64,000 nt of DNA from the human T2T-CHM13v2.0 reference genome, Homo sapiens. Of this stretch, positions 57,075 to 64,000 are shown one piece after another. Where the stretch lies: assembly GCF_009914755.1 (NCBI RefSeq), contig NC_060926.1; one strand, 5' to 3'. The notes beneath the pieces are model-generated. The model was not told the DNA's origin and did not search any database. It was given only the letters and a program-made list of their open reading frames with translations. Made by a program: the position numbers and the translations under genes. Numbering within the stretch: the first letter of the stretch is position 1; the number at the start of each line of letters is the position of its first letter.

Positions 57075-59596
57075 CTCTTAGGTTCTGTTCATATTCGTTT
57101 ATCTCAACCACAGCTGGCTGGAGCCAACAAAGGAAGTCTCCAGCTTGTGTACAAACCCCTGTGACTTCCAAAGTATAGAGAACTTGGCTTTACCTGTGTG
57201 AAATGGGTTAGGGGACTGTCCCTCTGCCTCAGCACAGCGACCGTCATGAGTCATGCCTGTCCCCAGGTCGTTCTTTATTTCTTCAGCAGTGTATCTCTGA
57301 GCTGTGGTCCTTGAGAGGCCTTAAAGCGTATGCTTGAAGCTTTTGCAAAACATGGCAGAGAGATCTTGGGTCCTCAGGAGAATAACACAAGCAAACATCG
57401 TAAGGCCAAGAAACTCAAGCAGATGGTGGCGGGGAACATGGTCAACACATATGCTTATTTGGTCAGGTTAAGGAATGAGCAGGGTAGAAAGAGGTCCATG
57501 GGAATGGGGTCTCCATGCACCCCAGCAGAAGTGAGTAGGGAGCTAGAAACGCTCTTGGGTGACAAGACTCATGTTAGAGCAAAAGTGAGCAGGGAGTAAG
57601 CAGGGAGTTAGAAGACCCTTGGGTGACAAGACTCATGCTCACGTCAACACTGGTCATCTGGTGGGCTTGTTTGCTGTAGGGGTCAGCTGTTGGATCTGCT
57701 GTGAGAATGGGTGGATGAGGAAGTGAAACGCAGCAAAACTGGATCTAGACAGGTAAAAAGCTAAGCTCAGCCAAAAGAATGGTCTGAAATAATATTTAGG
57801 GACCTAGAGAAATGCTCACAATGTAATAATGCTTTAAAATTTAAGATTTTCGATCTTAATCGCAATCACAATTTCGTTAAGATACATAGCACCACCTGCA
57901 CTCACGATTATGCATAGTAAAGGGACCACGAGGAATGTTCCAGAGGATTGTCTGAGGGGTGGGACAATGGCAGTTTTGATTTTATTTTTATATAGTTTTG
58001 GAACTTCCATGATGTTCTCAAGTAAAATGTGTTAATCAGAAAAAAAATTGATAATCAGATAATCAGAAAAACAAACAAACAAAAATTCTCAGAGCACAAA
58101 GCAAGCAGGGTCGGAGGAGGTAGTCTGGGTGGGAAGGACCATTGTTCCCACCCAGCATGGTTTTCTTCTTAATGTTCTTTCATGTGTATGCACCCAACTT
58201 CAAAGCTTTTCCTGAGTTTATTTTTGTGACGAATGGCTTTAAACTTCCTCAGCGACAGCCTCCCATTGGGGAACTACAGTGTGAAAATGTGACGGAAATT
58301 GATGGAACTTCTCAAGAATTTCTGCTCTAGGCAAGACTTTAGGAGGAGCGTGGAGACAGCAAGACTCTTTTGGCAAAATGTCCTCCCTCTTCCATTCTGT
58401 CCCCACTTAGTCTATTCCATCCCTGACTGATCACGGATATCCACTACCACATATCCACAGTCACCCCAGGGACTGGGAAGGATCAAGAAAGGAAAATCCT
58501 TCCCAAGCACTGTCTTTACCATCTTGGATTCCTTTAGAGCTCTGAAAAGCAAAGGGCTGGATTCAAGAAATGGGGAAGCGGCTGAGCACAGTAGCCTATA
58601 ATCTCAGCATTTTGGGAGGCAGGAGGATTGCTTGAGGCCAGGAGTTCAAGAACATAGTAAGGCCCTGTCTCTACAAAATATAAAAAAAATAGTTGATCAT
58701 GGTGCCACAGAAGGGTCTCTTGAGAATTGAGCCCAGTCTGGACTACAGAGTGAGACCCTGTCTCTATTTTTAAAAAATGAAAGAAATGGGAGGAGTAGCA
58801 TGAAGATACCATTTTGCTTCAGCCTCCTTCTCCACGTACACATGCACCCACTAACATGACTGTCCTGAAAGAAAATTCCAAGCTAAAAATTGTGTGGCCA
58901 TTTAGCCCAAATAAAGAGGGAAGTGGGAAAGCCCTTGTATAAAACCACCTTGACTTTGGTGACAAATTTGTCAGACTTCAGTTTTGTGTTTGTATGATTT
59001 ACCTATTTGCTTTTAAAATCTTGGTACATAAAAGATTATCACAGAAAAAACTTTATTTATGCCTGAATAATTTTCTTACATTTTTGGCAGTGCCTTTTAA
59101 TGCTTCAGAAAATGTTTTTTGAAGGGAGGTAGGGATGGGTGAGGACATGCTGCCAGGTTAGAAGAGACTGAATCAACCCTCCCAAGTTCTGAATCCTGTA
59201 CGTGTGCTGGGGTGAGGGGAAATGCCTGGATGAAAACGAGTAAACTGAAGTTTATAACACTCCTTCTCGAACATCATACAGCTCTTCCAAGTATCATTTC
59301 GATAAGTTAATATAAATGAATCAGAAACATCTGCCTGCCAAATCCCTCCGCACATACAAGGGCTTAACAATTAAATGGAAAAATGTTCGGTTCAATGTGT
59401 TTCAGGTTTTAGCAGATCCAAGATGTTTTGAAAAACAGTTAAGTTCTTAAGACATTTTGATTATTTAAAGGGCAGCTGGCTCTCCCACCCACTTTAAAAA
59501 TGGCAGTGGTTATTTCTGTTCTTTGTATCGATGCCAATGTCTCTTATTGTCTGTGGAAGAAATTCTCTAGCAGAAGTTCACATTCCTGGTCTCTGA

Positions 59597-60013
<417 letters not shown>

Positions 60014-61116
60014 CAAGCACAGGGTTTTAAGTGATGATGAGACAGTGTTTTTTCTAGTTACAAGACCCTTTTCTAGAGTCAAGAAGAGCATTGTTGCCAC
60101 CATGGGTCACTGTCTCACAATTTCAAGAATTTCTTAATTTGTAGTCCTGGTCCACCTTGAGGAAAAGGAAGAAAAGATATTAGATGTTCAGAGGATGAGC
60201 TGAAATATGACAGATTATCAAGAGGAAAACAGTTCAAATTGTGTAAAAGACTACAACTGAAATTCCACTGTAAAATGAAAGCCACATTGGGCTCAGTCCC
60301 CTCAACCCTCCCTCCTATCCTTGGACGCAGCAGAGGGATCCCGACAAACGCCCACTAAGCAGGTGACAGTGATGAGTGTGCAGTTCCCTCTCAAGCTGAC
60401 TCCAATAAGTTGTCCTTACATTTTATTGACTTTCAGTCTCACCATCCTGAAATTTTAATCACCTGAGCGCTGCTTAGACATTGGCTAGATCACCCAACTT
60501 GTAATTCTATCTGGACTTGAAGATGAAAGAAGAAGCCCTCGTGCATTTTTGTTCCTTCTGTTTTCTCCTTCAAGGGACACTGTCAGTCTTTCTTAGGCTT
60601 CCTGAGTAATCATCATTTAATTTTCTTTATAGGTTGGAAAGTCTTGATTCTCTTAAAAAAAAAAGTGAGTAATTAAAAGTGACGGGCCAGGTTAGTAAAT
60701 AGATTTGTGAATTCAGGACACCACAGGTCTCCCTCATGGTAGAAATGATGCCATTTCACCCCAGTGGCTTTTCAGTTCAGAACTGGGAATTAATGATATT
60801 TTCTCACCAAGTTTAAGAAATCAAAAAACAAAAGAATTAAAGCAGGGCTTCATCCCACTGTTTCAGAGCCAAAATTTGTTCTAGTCTCACCAGAGTAAAT
60901 CCAGTTGTGCTCCCATTTAAAACCCTCCCATGGCTTTCTGCTCCTTCCAGCCTCAGTCTCAAGTCTGGGCTTGGTTTCACGTCTGCTCTTGAGGTCATCT
61001 CCTCTCTGTCTCTTTCACACATATCCCAGCAGGCAGAGCTGCCTCCTGCTTGGGGCCTTTCACTAAGTGTTCTCTCTCTGACCCGCAGACCCTCAAAGAA
61101 GCAACACCTCTCCTTA

Positions 61117-61375
<259 letters not shown>

Positions 61376-61431
61376 AAAAATAGTCTTGTTTATTGTCAAC
61401 CTTACATCACTGAAGCATACACAGTAAATGA

Positions 61432-61786
<355 letters not shown>

Positions 61787-64000
61787 TTAATTTTTATTTT
61801 CAGAAAACATAACGACAGTTGTTCCCTGCAAAGGCCTGAGAAACCTGTTTCTAAGCCAGGATTCTGACAGTAGTGCAAAAGCCCTTCTTAGGGAAACATG
61901 GTTTGGGTTTTTTTTTGGTATTGTGATGCTCTGAGAAGTTAGGAAAGGCTTTCAAACTTCATTACTCCTTCTTAACTAATTTCAAATTTGTCATTCCAGT
62001 ATTTATGTAAACCTCTCAAATCAAGGCAAGAAGTGCAGTAGCATATTTCTTTCTGCATCATCAGTCAGTCATTTGATCAGGCTGCTGTCTCAGGGAGGCA
62101 TGTCTTACCTGTGCCTTCCCTTTGGTACTTTCTAGGGTTGAGGTGCTTGTCTGGGCTCAGTTCCTGTGTTGCAGGATCCTCCATGGTATCTGTTCACTGT
62201 TCCCCTCTGGTTTGTCACTGGCATTTTAATCTATCACCTGGATCACATTACTTACTCTCTTAATGCCAGTTGAGATAACCTCTAATACTGAGGATTAAAT
62301 CTGAGAGCCTTACTTTTGTGTTGAAAGACCCTTCACTGGGGTGTTCTTGATCCTAAAGCTACTCACAGTGAGGTCCACGGGCCAGCAACATGGCAACGTC
62401 AACATCACCTGCGCTCCTGAGAAGTCTCTCCCCTGCCCCAGGTCAACTACATCAAAATCTGCTCATTAACAAGATGCCCAGGTCATTCGGATGCATATTA
62501 CAATTGAGAAGTTCTTTCTAGAAGCCTCACTGCTACCACCCCCACCATCATCATCGTCATCAACAGCCATGTCCTGTTGAGACATTTCTTTGCCTGCTCT
62601 GATCTGAGTACCCTGCACACACCATCAACACGATCTTGTTTCATCCTCCCAAGGTCTCTGTGTGCTATGTACTCTTATTATTCCCATTAGCAGGTGAGGA
62701 AGCTGAAGCTCAGGAGATCAAGTCATTTATGTGAAATTATCCGGGTAGGGAGCATAGGTAGCTTGAGTTCAATCTGAGACACTTTGCCTCTAGCATCCAT
62801 TTCCCTCTCCCCTAGGCCTTCCTTCTTCCCTGCTGGCCAGGTCAGCTCACTCCATATTCATTTCATTTGCTTCCTTCTAGTCAGTCTGCAAAACTCCAAA
62901 AGCAAAGCCACTGTGGAGGGAAGGCTGCTTCTTGGCGTGTTTTGTAAAAGAGCTTTGAATCTTAACATTATCTTAAAATAAGACTGAGTTGTACCCTGTG
63001 TAGATTTTATCTCTCTCAGCCCCAGAGAACAAGCTCTTTCTGCTGTTTCCAATTAAACTGGATGGCTTAGAGTTGCAGATTACCATCCCCCCGAGATGTG
63101 AACTCCTGGCTCTGTTGAAGTGGTGGAGTATCTTGGACTTGACCTTTGGAAGAAAATGTATATTTAAAGCTCTAATCTGAAAAAAAAAAAAAAAAAAAAA
63201 AAAAAACAGAGGAAGTAATACAACCTTGCAATGACATTGGTCTACAGTTTATCAAATTCTTTAAAGACCTCAAGGTCAGAATAGCTATAGCCTGTGTACT
63301 TGAGACCAAAAGTTAATTACAGGAAGATGATATCTGGCGTCTGGAAGAGGTTGAGGTCCATGATTTTCAGATTGATTACTGAACTTCTCTGCTCTGAGAG
63401 GATGCTCCCTCTAGAGAAGGACTGGGGCGTGGGGCGGTTGTGGCAGGGCGGGGAGCGGCTGGCCTGGGATAGAGGTTTGGTGGACCCTACTTCATTTTCA
63501 GCCAATTAGTACAGTACTTTCAATGAGTACTTTCAATCTTATATCATTTTATATAGTAGGCCCTAGGGTAACATTTTATTTAATGAGCCTTTCCTTCCTT
63601 GTAAAAAAAAAAAAAAAATTGTACATTAAAAAACAACTGAGCTAATCCTTCTCCATCCATTGCATTCTTTGCAGTTGAGGCTGTTGAGGCTCAGAAAGGC
63701 AAATTGACTTCCCCAAGGTCACACTTTGTTTTGACTGAAAGCTATTTCTTGTATTCCTCCTTTGAAAGCTCAAAAGCTGGGCTGGCCGCCAAGTCTGCTG
63801 GGCATTCGCTCCTCTGCTGTGTAGATCAGCCCTTATTATGTCCAGTGGCGCTGACCTGGGTATATTTCCTTTGCATTTAGGACTCCTTTGTATGTGTTTG
63901 GAAAGCAAAGCGCTGTTCAGGTGTTCATTGGCAGGGTTTAGTCAGTAAGTCATACATTCTCAATGTTCTTTTTCTTCCACCATGCAGTCAATCTGCATGC

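Noticed and set aside
60633-60664. Possible 32-nt microexon (tttatag| ... |gtgagt)
   Set aside because: Ends in an unstable A-run, frameshifting, and such motif pairs occur by chance.

Overview
Human (primate) genomic DNA, not microbial. The window holds about 19 kb of repeat-rich upstream sequence, the CpG-island promoter and first coding exon of SGPP2 (sphingosine-1-phosphate phosphatase 2; ATG at 19806, donor at 20025, + strand), and about 44 kb of SGPP2 intron 1. Exon 2 was not found in the window. Antisense in the intron lie a processed NANOG pseudogene (most likely NANOGP2; 47255-48720), nested in a Tigger2a MITE that is nested in a MIR, and a 5'-deleted HERV-L provirus with its MLT2A 3' LTR (30127-34578). 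Upstream are a tandem pair of Y1-RNA retrocopies, a THE1 solo LTR, a tail-less L1PA fragment fused to a 5'-deleted MER4 provirus, and several MLT1 LTRs. I found no well-supported new biological system. The best leads are: (i) compensating frameshifts that leave the NANOG retrocopy a 227-codon ATG ORF with an intact homeodomain, plus fossil traces of older NANOG mRNA structure; (ii) a perfect 16-bp inverted repeat and a kB-site cluster in the SGPP2 promoter; (iii) repair-type scars (non-classical L1 insertion with deletion, Alu/HERV-L deletion junction, templated inverted insertions); (iv) an unexplained 88-bp dispersed repeat. Gene identities, repeat families and comparisons with NANOG or consensus sequences come from recall, not database searches. 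Subfamily calls and the boundaries of old repeats are approximate.
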